Below, piece after piece: positions 20,460 through 27,582 of a stretch of 64,000 nt of DNA. Each line of letters begins with the position of its first letter. The first letter of the stretch is position 1. Where the stretch lies: positions 11,971 to 75,970 of the forward strand of contig JBIKYT010000002.1 of assembly GCA_044355095.1 (NCBI GenBank), read 5' to 3'. Origin of the DNA: Ilumatobacteraceae bacterium (lineage in GTDB: Bacteria; Actinomycetota; Acidimicrobiia; Acidimicrobiales; Ilumatobacteraceae). Both the position numbers and the translations under genes were made by a program. A model generated the notes under the pieces. It had not been told where the DNA came from and did not search any database. It was given only the letters and a program-made list of their open reading frames with translations.

Positions 20460-21085
20460 AGTTCTTCGAGATTCTGAATTTTGTGGGCGTTCAGTAAATG
20501 TGGCAGCAACTCGGCGGTGGCGCGAGCGTCGTATTCGGCGTGGTGAGCATGGTTGAGGGTGACGCCGTATTTCTCGCACAGCGTTGACAGTTTGTGGGTT
20601 TGTTGCCGCTGAGGATCAAGTTTGCGTGACAAGTTAAGGGTGCAGACGACGCCGGCCCATTCAAGATCGATGTTGTGCAGATGAGCCGCGGCACGTAGGA
20701 ACTTGGTGTCAAAGTCGGCGTTATGCGCCACGACGATGTGGCCTTTGGTCTGTTGGGCAAAGGAACGCATGGCCTTTTCGGTGGACGGCGCAAAAATTAA
20801 TTTCCGTCGAGAAATGCCATGCACATGTTGCGGGCCGAGATCTCGGTTCCACCATTGCGGTGGACGAACGTAGGTTGACCAGACTGATGTCGGCATCACG
20901 GTGGTGGTGGCAGGATCAGTCCAGTCTTGAACGACAACCGCAATCTGCAAGATCTGGTCGCGGTCAAATTTCAGACCAGTGGTCTCAATATCAACAATGG
21001 CGAACTTTGGAGTTTCTACATCGCGACCATTAAAGATTTTGTTTGACCATTCCACTGACCACACCTTAGATGCGGGGTCAATCAC
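20438..21085 (-). CDS. DEDDh 3'-5' exonuclease (DnaQ/epsilon-like domain protein)
   Basis: ExoI FAIVDIETTGL, ExoII VAHNADFDTKFL and ExoIII HHAEYDARAT motifs. GTG start. The 3' end overlaps the pafC-like gene by 22 bp. Confidence 0.85.
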   Translation of the reverse strand: MIDPASKVWSVEWSNKIFNGRDVETPKFAIVDIETTGLKFDRDQILQIAVVVQDWTDPATTTVMPTSVWSTYVRPPQWWNRDLGPQHVHGISRRKLIFAPSTEKAMRSFAQQTKGHIVVAHNADFDTKFLRAAAHLHNIDLEWAGVVCTLNLSRKLDPQRQQTHKLSTLCEKYGVTLNHAHHAEYDARATAELLPHLLNAHKIQNLEELQPFVRS

Positions 21086-21124
21086 GGATTGTTACAGCAC
21101 CAATTGGATACCGGTGCTGATCAC

Positions 21125-21439
21125 TCAACTAACAGAGCGCATACCCCGAGCTCGAATACCGATGGGAGCAGCCACAGTAAATCCGTTGAGGTGACGTTCT
21201 TCTTCTGATTCGCCTCCCCAAAAACCATATTCGCGATTGTCTCGAGCGAAAACTTGACACTGGTCGTTCACTGGGCAGGTGCGGCAGAGCAAACGAGCCT
21301 GGGCCTCGCGACGGACTCGGGCTTGCGGGCGCTCGGCCTTGGGGGCGAAAAACAGTTTGGTGCGACCTTTGCAGACCGCATCGTCCATCCAGTTCGCCGA
21401 CGGCTGAACGTTGATTTCGAAGGCTTCTAGAGCTGACAT
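21125..21439 (-). CDS. WhiB-like (Wbl) Fe-S transcription factor
   Basis: Four Cys in the C-X28-C-X2-C-X5-C arrangement (CKG...CRTCPVNDQC), followed by a GFWGG turn and a basic C-terminus. Confidence 0.85.
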   Translation of the reverse strand: MSALEAFEINVQPSANWMDDAVCKGRTKLFFAPKAERPQARVRREAQARLLCRTCPVNDQCQVFARDNREYGFWGGESEEERHLNGFTVAAPIGIRARGMRSVS

Positions 21440-21469
21440 GTCACGCTGCCTTTACAAATTGATGGTGTT

Positions 21470-21478
21470 GGGGGGGGG
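21470..21478 (-). repeat. Homopolymer tract, G9 on the plus strand (C9 in the wbl leader)
   Basis: Read directly from the sequence. It ends 31 nt upstream of the wbl ATG and lies immediately 3' of leader hairpin 2. Confidence 0.95.
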
Positions 21479-21479
21479 T

Positions 21480-21593
21480 ACCGGTGGCGAAGCTTGTGAC
21501 TTCGCCACCGGTATTAGTGAGGCGACGAGATCGTGAGGGGGCAGGACCTCGTCGTACGCATTTAACACTAAAACCGAAAATGGCCAGAGTCAA
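21480..21593 (-). promoter_or_regulatory. Candidate sigma-A type promoter plus a structured 5' leader of the wbl gene
   Basis: On the minus strand, TTGACT (21593-21588), a 17-nt spacer, then TAGTGT (21570-21565). Hairpin 1 (21554-21523) has a 10-bp stem and a 12-nt loop CUGCCCCCUCAC. Hairpin 2 (21512-21480) has a perfect 13-bp stem and a 7-nt loop. Confidence 0.4.
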
Positions 21594-21651
21594 GCCTTTT
21601 TTCAAGTTGGACGAAAGTCACACCTCGAACCGACGGTCGGAGAAATGAGGT

Positions 21652-23091
21652 CTACAGCAGCTCGGCAGCCAACGAGGCCACTTCGCTGCGTTCACACGAT
21701 GTCAATGTGATGTGGCCAAAACATTTCTGGCCACGAAATGCCCCGATCAAAACGGCGAGAGCATTGTTGGATTCGCCAAGGTAGGGCGCATCAATTTGAC
21801 TGGTGTCGCCCGTAAAGATGACTTTGGTTCCTTCGCCGATGCGCGTGAGAATTGTCTTGAGCGTGGTGGGTTCAAGGTTCTGCGCCTCATCAACGACCAC
21901 GATCTGGCGATGTAATGAACGTCCGCGTAAGAACGTGACCGATTCAAGAGACAATTGGTTGCGCGCAATGAGTTCATCAATCATTGTCCGAGCTTCGCGA
22001 TTTGAACGCTGATCGGTCAACGCGACGATCGCATCATGGATGGCTGACATCCATGGATCGAGTTTTTCATCGAGACCGCCAGGCAAGAAGCCAACGTCGG
22101 CGCGACCTACCGGAACCAATGGTCGATACACCGCCAACTTCTCGTAGCGCCGTTGTTCAACGACCTGGTCAAGGCCAGCGGCAATCGCAAGAACCGTCTT
22201 TCCCGTGCCAGCGCGTCCGTCGAGGGCAATCACGCTGACCTCTGGGTCAAGTAACAGTTCAAGAGCAAACCTTTGCTCTTTTGATCGAGATCGAAGACCC
22301 CATGCCTCGGGTGATGCTTGGGGAATCAACATGAGCGCATCATCGACGCAACGAGCCATCGCCGATTGCGAACCCGCTCGAAGGATGGCAAAAGAGTTTT
22401 CAGCGAGTGATCCAGCTGGTGCGACTTCGGCCACATCGATCGACCGACCGTCGTAGAGGTCATCAACAAGTTCGCTCGGTGAGTCGACTGTGATCCAGCC
22501 AAGTGGACGCGACGACGATTGCCGACCGACCAGATGATGTTCATGGGCAGTCAGTCCTAAATGGGCAGCCTTCAGTCTCAGCGCAGCGTCGTTTGACACC
22601 ATGACTGTCGGAGCGTGGTTGGCCTGACCGAGTGCTGCACCGATGATGCGATTGTCAGCCTTATTGGCATCAAGTCCGTGTTCATTGAGAAGGTGTTTTT
22701 GAATACCGTTGATCTCAATGTGGACCGTGGCGTTGTTGCATCCTTCGCCATCGTTCGGATGTATCCGAACGGGATGAGCAAGCGACCCGCCGGCCTTCAT
22801 GCGGATCTCTTCAAGACCGCGCAATGCGGCGCGAGCGGCGCGACCGACATCGTCTGGTCGACTTTTGAGACCGTCCAATTCTTCAATGACTGTAAGGGGA
22901 ATGACGATATCGCAATCAGGAAACGCCAGTAAACAATTGGTATCTGCAATCAAAACCGAGGTATCTAAAACGACTCGGGTGGGAGGTGGCGAAGGTTTCT
23001 CGTGCTGGGGGGCGACTTCAGTAGATGACTCCATGAGCTGGTCATCGCCCGAGTCGTTTGTGAGTTCATTGGCCCTCAGCAGTTTCGTCAC
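21652..23091 (-). CDS. phoH2: PIN-domain / PhoH-like ATPase fusion (PhoH2-type RNA helicase-RNase)
   Basis: N-terminal PIN region (VVLDTSVLIAD). PhoH domain with Walker A GRAGTGKT and Walker B VVVDEAQN. An AAGGAG SD lies 5 nt before GTG 23091. Confidence 0.85.
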   Translation of the reverse strand: MTKLLRANELTNDSGDDQLMESSTEVAPQHEKPSPPPTRVVLDTSVLIADTNCLLAFPDCDIVIPLTVIEELDGLKSRPDDVGRAARAALRGLEEIRMKAGGSLAHPVRIHPNDGEGCNNATVHIEINGIQKHLLNEHGLDANKADNRIIGAALGQANHAPTVMVSNDAALRLKAAHLGLTAHEHHLVGRQSSSRPLGWITVDSPSELVDDLYDGRSIDVAEVAPAGSLAENSFAILRAGSQSAMARCVDDALMLIPQASPEAWGLRSRSKEQRFALELLLDPEVSVIALDGRAGTGKTVLAIAAGLDQVVEQRRYEKLAVYRPLVPVGRADVGFLPGGLDEKLDPWMSAIHDAIVALTDQRSNREARTMIDELIARNQLSLESVTFLRGRSLHRQIVVVDEAQNLEPTTLKTILTRIGEGTKVIFTGDTSQIDAPYLGESNNALAVLIGAFRGQKCFGHITLTSCERSEVASLAAELL

Positions 23092-23477
23092 CGAATCTCC
23101 TTTTAGTTGGCTTGCTCGCTATGTCTTCCTGACAACATTGTGGTGCAAACCAAGACCCCCATATTGGATTTCCGAGCAAACTTTTTGTGAACGTTGGGTG
23201 CGGTTGGCGGTTACTGAAGCCGAGACAAGATCAACCTGCTGTCAAGCAGTTAGGTATCCACCACAGCGTTGGGCCTGCGTGGCAAACTGTCTTTGCTCGT
23301 CGGCGAATGGGCTTGTGTCACGACCGTTCACGACGCATTTTTATCGGTTCGATTTCGTCACTCGCACGATGTCCGGCGCGCTTGTTGCATTTGCAATTAA
23401 ATCAATACTTGTAATAGCTCTCCATTGCTTATCAAATATGGGGAGTTCCACCCGAGAACTGAGAAGGATAAATCCGA

Positions 23478-23759
23478 ATGACCAAGGCAGAGTTGATCGA
23501 CGCAGTGGCAAAAGTTGCCGACGTGAGCAAGGCGGACGCCGAGCGCACGCTGGGTGCATTTTTTGACCAGCTGGTGGACGCGACCAAAACAGGCGACAAA
23601 GTGGCGTGGCCGGGCTTCGGCTCATTCACCACAAAAGTTCGTGCCGCCCGTACGGTTCGTAATCCGCAGACAGGTGCTTCGATGGAGTCTCCTGCGTCAC
23701 GTCAAATGAAATTCACGGCGAGCTCCACGCTCAAAGCGATTCTTAATCCAAACAAGTAA
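23478..23759 (+). CDS. hup: HU-family nucleoid protein (HU domain only)
   Basis: 93 aa. MTKAELIDAVA start, GFGSF, and an RNPQTG DNA-binding arm. GAAGGA SD. Confidence 0.9.
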   Translation: MTKAELIDAVAKVADVSKADAERTLGAFFDQLVDATKTGDKVAWPGFGSFTTKVRAARTVRNPQTGASMESPASRQMKFTASSTLKAILNPNK

Positions 23760-23787
23760 GCAATAACTAACAGAAAGGGATATTCCC

Positions 23788-24114
23788 ATGGCAGCAAAGA
23801 AGAAGGCTCCGGCCAAAAAAGTAGCAGCAAAGAAGGCTCCCGCCCGTAAGAAGGCAGCAGCAAAGAAGGTTGCCAAGAAGGCTCCTGCAAAGAAGAAGGC
23901 AGCAGCAAAGAAGGCTCCGGCCAAGAAGGCTCCTGCAAAGAAGAAGGCAGCAGCTAAGAAGGTTGCTAAGAAGGCTCCCGCCCGTAAGAAGGCAGCAGCA
24001 AAGAAGGCTCCCGCCCGTAAGAAGGCAGCAGCAAAGAAGGCAGCTCCCGCAAAGAAGAAGGCAGCAGCAAAGCGCGCTCCGGCACGCAAGAAGGCAGCAG
24101 CTAAGAAAAAGTGA
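23788..24114 (+). CDS. Lys/Ala-rich repeat protein (histone H1-like / HupB-tail-like), stand-alone
   Basis: 108 aa made almost only of A, K, P, V and R in AKKAPAKK / AKKAPARKKAAAKK repeats. AAAGGGA SD before the ATG. It follows HU and is followed by a strong terminator. Confidence 0.7.
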   Translation: MAAKKKAPAKKVAAKKAPARKKAAAKKVAKKAPAKKKAAAKKAPAKKAPAKKKAAAKKVAKKAPARKKAAAKKAPARKKAAAKKAAPAKKKAAAKRAPARKKAAAKKK

Positions 24115-24145
24115 TTTCATCCCGAACTTTTCGGGACTGGAACTG

Positions 24146-24173
24146 ATTGAGCGGGGGGCAACCCCCGCTCAAT
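24146..24173 (+). terminator. Intrinsic terminator after the HU / Lys-Ala-repeat gene pair
   Basis: ATTGAGCGGGGG / CCCCCGCTCAAT 12-bp GC-rich stem with a GCAA tetraloop, followed by TCTATTTTCT. A smaller hairpin, CCCGA-ACTTT-TCGGG, lies at 24121-24135. Confidence 0.8.
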
Positions 24174-24249
24174 TCTATTTTCTGGGACAAGTGCGGTTCA
24201 CAGTGATCTGAATCGCTCGCGAATCAGTTTGATCTGTCACCATGACAGC

Positions 24250-25014
24250 ATGACGTTGAACGCGATGATCGCCGATCTTGAGTCCGAACACGAGTCGTTG
24301 GACCAGATCGTCGCCGATCTTGATACTCAAAAATGGTTGGCACCCACCGAATCGCCAGGTTGGACAATCGCAGATCAATTAAGTCACTTGCAGTTCTTCG
24401 ATGAGCGAGCGGCTTTGGCGATGAATAGCCCCGAAGAATTTGGCGAAGATCGCCAGCGCATTATTTCGGCGGCTCCCCAAGATCTGTCCATTGAGTTGGG
24501 TCGCTCAGTTTCACCGGCCGAACTACTTGATTCGTGGCGCCGGTCGCGGCGCGAACTCATCAGCGCGGCACATTCAGTCGATCCAACAGTCAGAGTGCCG
24601 TGGTACGGACCCTCAATGGCTGTGAAGTCATTTTTGACCGCTCGACTCATGGAGTGTTGGGCCCATGGTGAAGATATTGCGCAAGCTTTACGGGCGCACC
24701 GAGATCCGACGGCGCGTCTGAAGCATGTGGCTCATATCGGAGTCGGGGCGCGGGCGTTCAGTCTGATGATTAATCGACTACCCGAAGATCCATCTTCGAT
24801 TCGAGTTGAACTGATGTCGCCCGAGGGTGAACTGTGGGTTTGGGGTGACGAATCATCTGATCAGCGGGTAATGGGAGACGCTATTGACTTCTGTCTCGTT
24901 GTGACTCAACGTCGAGCGCTCTCGCAGTCACAACTTTTGGTGGTAGGCGAATCTGCAACGACGTGGATGGGCGTGGCTCAGGCTTTTGCCGGAGCCCCAA
25001 CGAAAAAGAAATAA
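24250..25014 (+). CDS. DinB-fold / mycothiol-dependent maleylpyruvate isomerase-family protein
   Basis: N-terminal metal-binding helix bundle (GWTIADQLSHLQFFDE). From memory it resembles the actinobacterial TIGR03084-type family. ATG 24250 is preferred over the track start at 24229. Confidence 0.6.
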   Translation: MTLNAMIADLESEHESLDQIVADLDTQKWLAPTESPGWTIADQLSHLQFFDERAALAMNSPEEFGEDRQRIISAAPQDLSIELGRSVSPAELLDSWRRSRRELISAAHSVDPTVRVPWYGPSMAVKSFLTARLMECWAHGEDIAQALRAHRDPTARLKHVAHIGVGARAFSLMINRLPEDPSSIRVELMSPEGELWVWGDESSDQRVMGDAIDFCLVVTQRRALSQSQLLVVGESATTWMGVAQAFAGAPTKKK

Positions 25015-25025
25015 ACGGGGGTTTG

Positions 25026-25796
25026 TTAGATATCGGAGATCTTCTTAAAGATCTCCGCGGCTGGGCGATCAATGCGTTGCCCAAGGACAATCATTCGTTG
25101 ACGCATCCGTTCGGAAAAATTGTCGAGAGCAGTCTGATCAATTGCCTTCATTGTGCTTTCAAACTGTGATTCGTGGGCCAAGAGAGCGGCGATTTTTTGC
25201 TCAACAAATCCACCGATGTCTTCTCCATGGTCGGGCTCGTCGGCTTCCCAAAGCAACAAATGTTGCGGTCGGTGGTGGGCTATTGCATGTTCCTTAAAGA
25301 AATGCGGATCTCGAGAAGCAACCACGGCATCGCAGGTGAGGAATCCGGCGTGGCGGTGATCGGGATGTAAGCGATATCGCTTCCACGGGTCATGGCCGAG
25401 CACGACTTGAGGTTTGAGACGCCGAATATGTCGAGCTATCTCGCTACGGAGTTCTCGAGTATCGGCAAGGTCTCCGTCAACTTGCTGAAGAAAAATCACT
25501 TCGCCCTGTGAGCCCAAACGACGAGCGGCTTCGCGTTGTTCGACCTCGCGTTGAGCAATCAGTTTTGGGATGTCGGCATTGACGTTCCAGGTGCCTTTTG
25601 AACCATCAGTGAGTACGAGGTGATTGATGGAACAGCCAGCTTTGGCCCACTTGGCCAAGGTTCCGCCACAACCGAACTCAATATCGTCAGGATGTGCACC
25701 GATTGCTAAGGCCACCAGCGGAACTTCTAGATCAACACTTGCCATCTTCGTCAACGCTGCAGGTACAGGTTGGCCAGGTTCGTTGTTCTGAGTCAT
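25026..25796 (-). CDS. PIG-L/LmbE family N-acetylglucosaminyl deacetylase (MshB/Mca-type fold)
   Basis: AHPDDIEFGCGGT and HPDHRH zinc-site motifs. ATG 25796 forms an ATGA overlap with the cofC stop. Confidence 0.8.
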   Translation of the reverse strand: MTQNNEPGQPVPAALTKMASVDLEVPLVALAIGAHPDDIEFGCGGTLAKWAKAGCSINHLVLTDGSKGTWNVNADIPKLIAQREVEQREAARRLGSQGEVIFLQQVDGDLADTRELRSEIARHIRRLKPQVVLGHDPWKRYRLHPDHRHAGFLTCDAVVASRDPHFFKEHAIAHHRPQHLLLWEADEPDHGEDIGGFVEQKIAALLAHESQFESTMKAIDQTALDNFSERMRQRMIVLGQRIDRPAAEIFKKISDI

Positions 25797-26494
25797 GTTT
25801 GGATCCAATCGGGGAGAAGCATGGGCAAAATTTCGGCGATCACAGGATGTTGGAGATCTTCGGATGTATCAATGTCAAAACCCAGATGCATGCTTTCAAA
25901 GATGTCAACCTGACAGTTCAAGCGGTGTGCTTCATGTTGATGATGTGTAAATGAGTTTTCGCCATAAGCGAACTGCCATTTCCCAATCAGCGACTTAGAA
26001 AGGGCGAGCACGTTGGTGCCGTCGCGGTGCCGATCGGGATTGATGAGCACTCGGCCATTGTTGTTGAAGTCGTCGTTGCTGTCGTTGTTGAAATCGCTGT
26101 CAAGAGCAGATTGCAGCACCGCGATGACCCGATCTAGTTCGTTCGGAAGCGGAAGGTCGGCGTGGACAATCATGAGCATGTCGGCGGGATACTTCTCAAC
26201 AATGAGGGGAGTTGCCTCGTGCAGAGAAGCGTTGAGACCTCGAGACTCAACTCGAATCGGAATGGCATCGCAATTCCGCGCCCAGGTTTCAACTTCATCA
26301 TCGTCGCAAACGACGAACTTGAGGCATGGAACATCACGACGCAAAACACCGGTTGCACAGTTTTGAGCCAAAGTGCGGCGTTGAACCGGCGACAGACTGG
26401 CACTGAGGCGACTTTTGGCATCGTCAAATCCTCGAACTGGAACTACGAGTGCGACATGCCGTGATACATCAGAATGGGCCGTCGAATGAGACAC
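25793..26494 (-). CDS. cofC: 2-phospho-L-lactate / phosphoenolpyruvate guanylyltransferase (CofC/FbiD)
   Basis: VALVVPVRGFDDAKSRLS start, GLNASL, HADLPL, DGTNVL and FDIDTSEDL blocks match the CofC/FbiD pattern. It also carries an Asp/Asn-rich insertion (DSDFNNDSNDDFNNNG). It is divergent from gpsA, as in M. tuberculosis. Confidence 0.75.
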   Translation of the reverse strand: MSHSTAHSDVSRHVALVVPVRGFDDAKSRLSASLSPVQRRTLAQNCATGVLRRDVPCLKFVVCDDDEVETWARNCDAIPIRVESRGLNASLHEATPLIVEKYPADMLMIVHADLPLPNELDRVIAVLQSALDSDFNNDSNDDFNNNGRVLINPDRHRDGTNVLALSKSLIGKWQFAYGENSFTHHQHEAHRLNCQVDIFESMHLGFDIDTSEDLQHPVIAEILPMLLPDWIQT

Positions 26495-26565
26495 GACGTG
26501 AGCCTACGACTTTGGTTGAACGCTGAGACGACTCGCTTGAGCTCTGCGCCGTATACGCTCGGCTT

Positions 26566-27582
26566 ATGGTCCTTGCGGTGAACCACCAGTCAATACGGGT
26601 TGCTGTTATTGGGGCAGGTTCATGGGGAACGACCGTTGCAAGTCTGGCGGCAGAGAATACTCCAACTGTTTTGTGGGCTAGAAGAACTGAACTCGCTGAG
26701 GTGATGACGCGTACCCGAATCAACCCGGATTATCTCGGCGAATTCTCGTTGCCCGAATCTTTGCAATTCACGGCTGATATGTCATGCGCGGTCGGAGACG
26801 CCGATGTTGTCGTGATGGCGGTCCCATCGCATGGGTTTCGTGAAGTCGTCGCTGAGGTGGCGCGTTTCATTCGACCGTGGGTCCCTGTTGTGAGTTTGTC
26901 AAAAGGTCTCGAGCGCAGTTCGCTAAAGCGAATGAGTGAAGTTGTCGCCGACGAGATTCCAGGGCATCCCGTTGCCGTTCTGACGGGGCCGAACTTGGCG
27001 AAAGAGATCATGCAGGGCCAACCGGCGGCCGCTGTTGTCTCGATCAACGACAAAGTGATTGCTGATGAGCTACAGAAGATTTTTTCCCGTCCAACACTTC
27101 GGGTGTACACCAACCCCGACATTGTCGGTTGTGAAGTGGCGGGAGTTGTGAAAAATGTGATCGCCATTGCTTCAGGAATGGCAGCGGGAATGGGCTTTGG
27201 TGACAACACTCGGGCGACGCTCATTACTCGAGGCCTCGCTGAAATGACGCGTCTTGGCATGGCGATGGGTAGCGATGGCTACACATTCGCAGGGCTTGCC
27301 GGAATGGGCGACCTCATCGCCACCTGTGCATCAACTCAAAGTCGCAACAATACGGTGGGCCGACGCCTCGGCGAAGGTGAATCAATTACCGATATTTTGC
27401 AATCAATGACGATGGTCGCTGAAGGTGTCAAGAGTTCGCCGGCTGTGCTTGACTTGGCACGGCGTTATTCCGTCGAAATGCCAATCACCGAACAGGTGGT
27501 GGCGGTGTGCCACGAAGGACGAAGTGCAGCTGATGCAGTTGCGCAACTCATGCAACGACGACGGAGAAGCGAAATTGGCTGA
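26566..27582 (+). CDS. gpsA: NAD(P)H-dependent glycerol-3-phosphate dehydrogenase
   Basis: VIGAGSWGTT Rossmann motif, GPNLAKE, and NVIAIASG blocks. 338 aa. Confidence 0.9.
   Translation: MVLAVNHQSIRVAVIGAGSWGTTVASLAAENTPTVLWARRTELAEVMTRTRINPDYLGEFSLPESLQFTADMSCAVGDADVVVMAVPSHGFREVVAEVARFIRPWVPVVSLSKGLERSSLKRMSEVVADEIPGHPVAVLTGPNLAKEIMQGQPAAAVVSINDKVIADELQKIFSRPTLRVYTNPDIVGCEVAGVVKNVIAIASGMAAGMGFGDNTRATLITRGLAEMTRLGMAMGSDGYTFAGLAGMGDLIATCASTQSRNNTVGRRLGEGESITDILQSMTMVAEGVKSSPAVLDLARRYSVEMPITEQVVAVCHEGRSAADAVAQLMQRRRRSEIG

Noticed and set aside
21470-21554. A free-standing 6C-type small RNA.
   Set aside because: Only one of the two hairpin loops is C-rich. The element lies directly between a promoter-like sequence and the wbl start, so a cis-acting leader is the simpler reading. 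An Rfam 6C model scan could revisit this.
22799-23566. A 255-aa plus-strand ORF that spans the phoH2 5' end, the whole 386-bp intergenic region and the HU start. Smaller ORFs lie at 23187-23414 and 23341-23625.
   Set aside because: It would overlap two well-supported genes. It has no SD or motif and is Cys/Arg/Ser-rich. The intergenic region more likely holds the divergent phoH2 and hup promoters.
23697-24120. Minus-strand ORFs (130, 117 and 78 aa) and a second plus-frame ORF (23870-24211) over the Lys/Ala-repeat gene.
   Set aside because: These are artefacts of the low-complexity GCA/AAG repeat, which stays open in several frames. Only the AKKA frame has an SD, a sensible position after HU and a known protein precedent.
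27425-27582. The N-terminal 50 codons of the track ORF 27425-28912, which overlap the gpsA 3' end.
   Set aside because: This stretch lies wholly inside the well-supported gpsA in another frame. A TTG with a GGAG SD at 27575 gives a compact junction instead.
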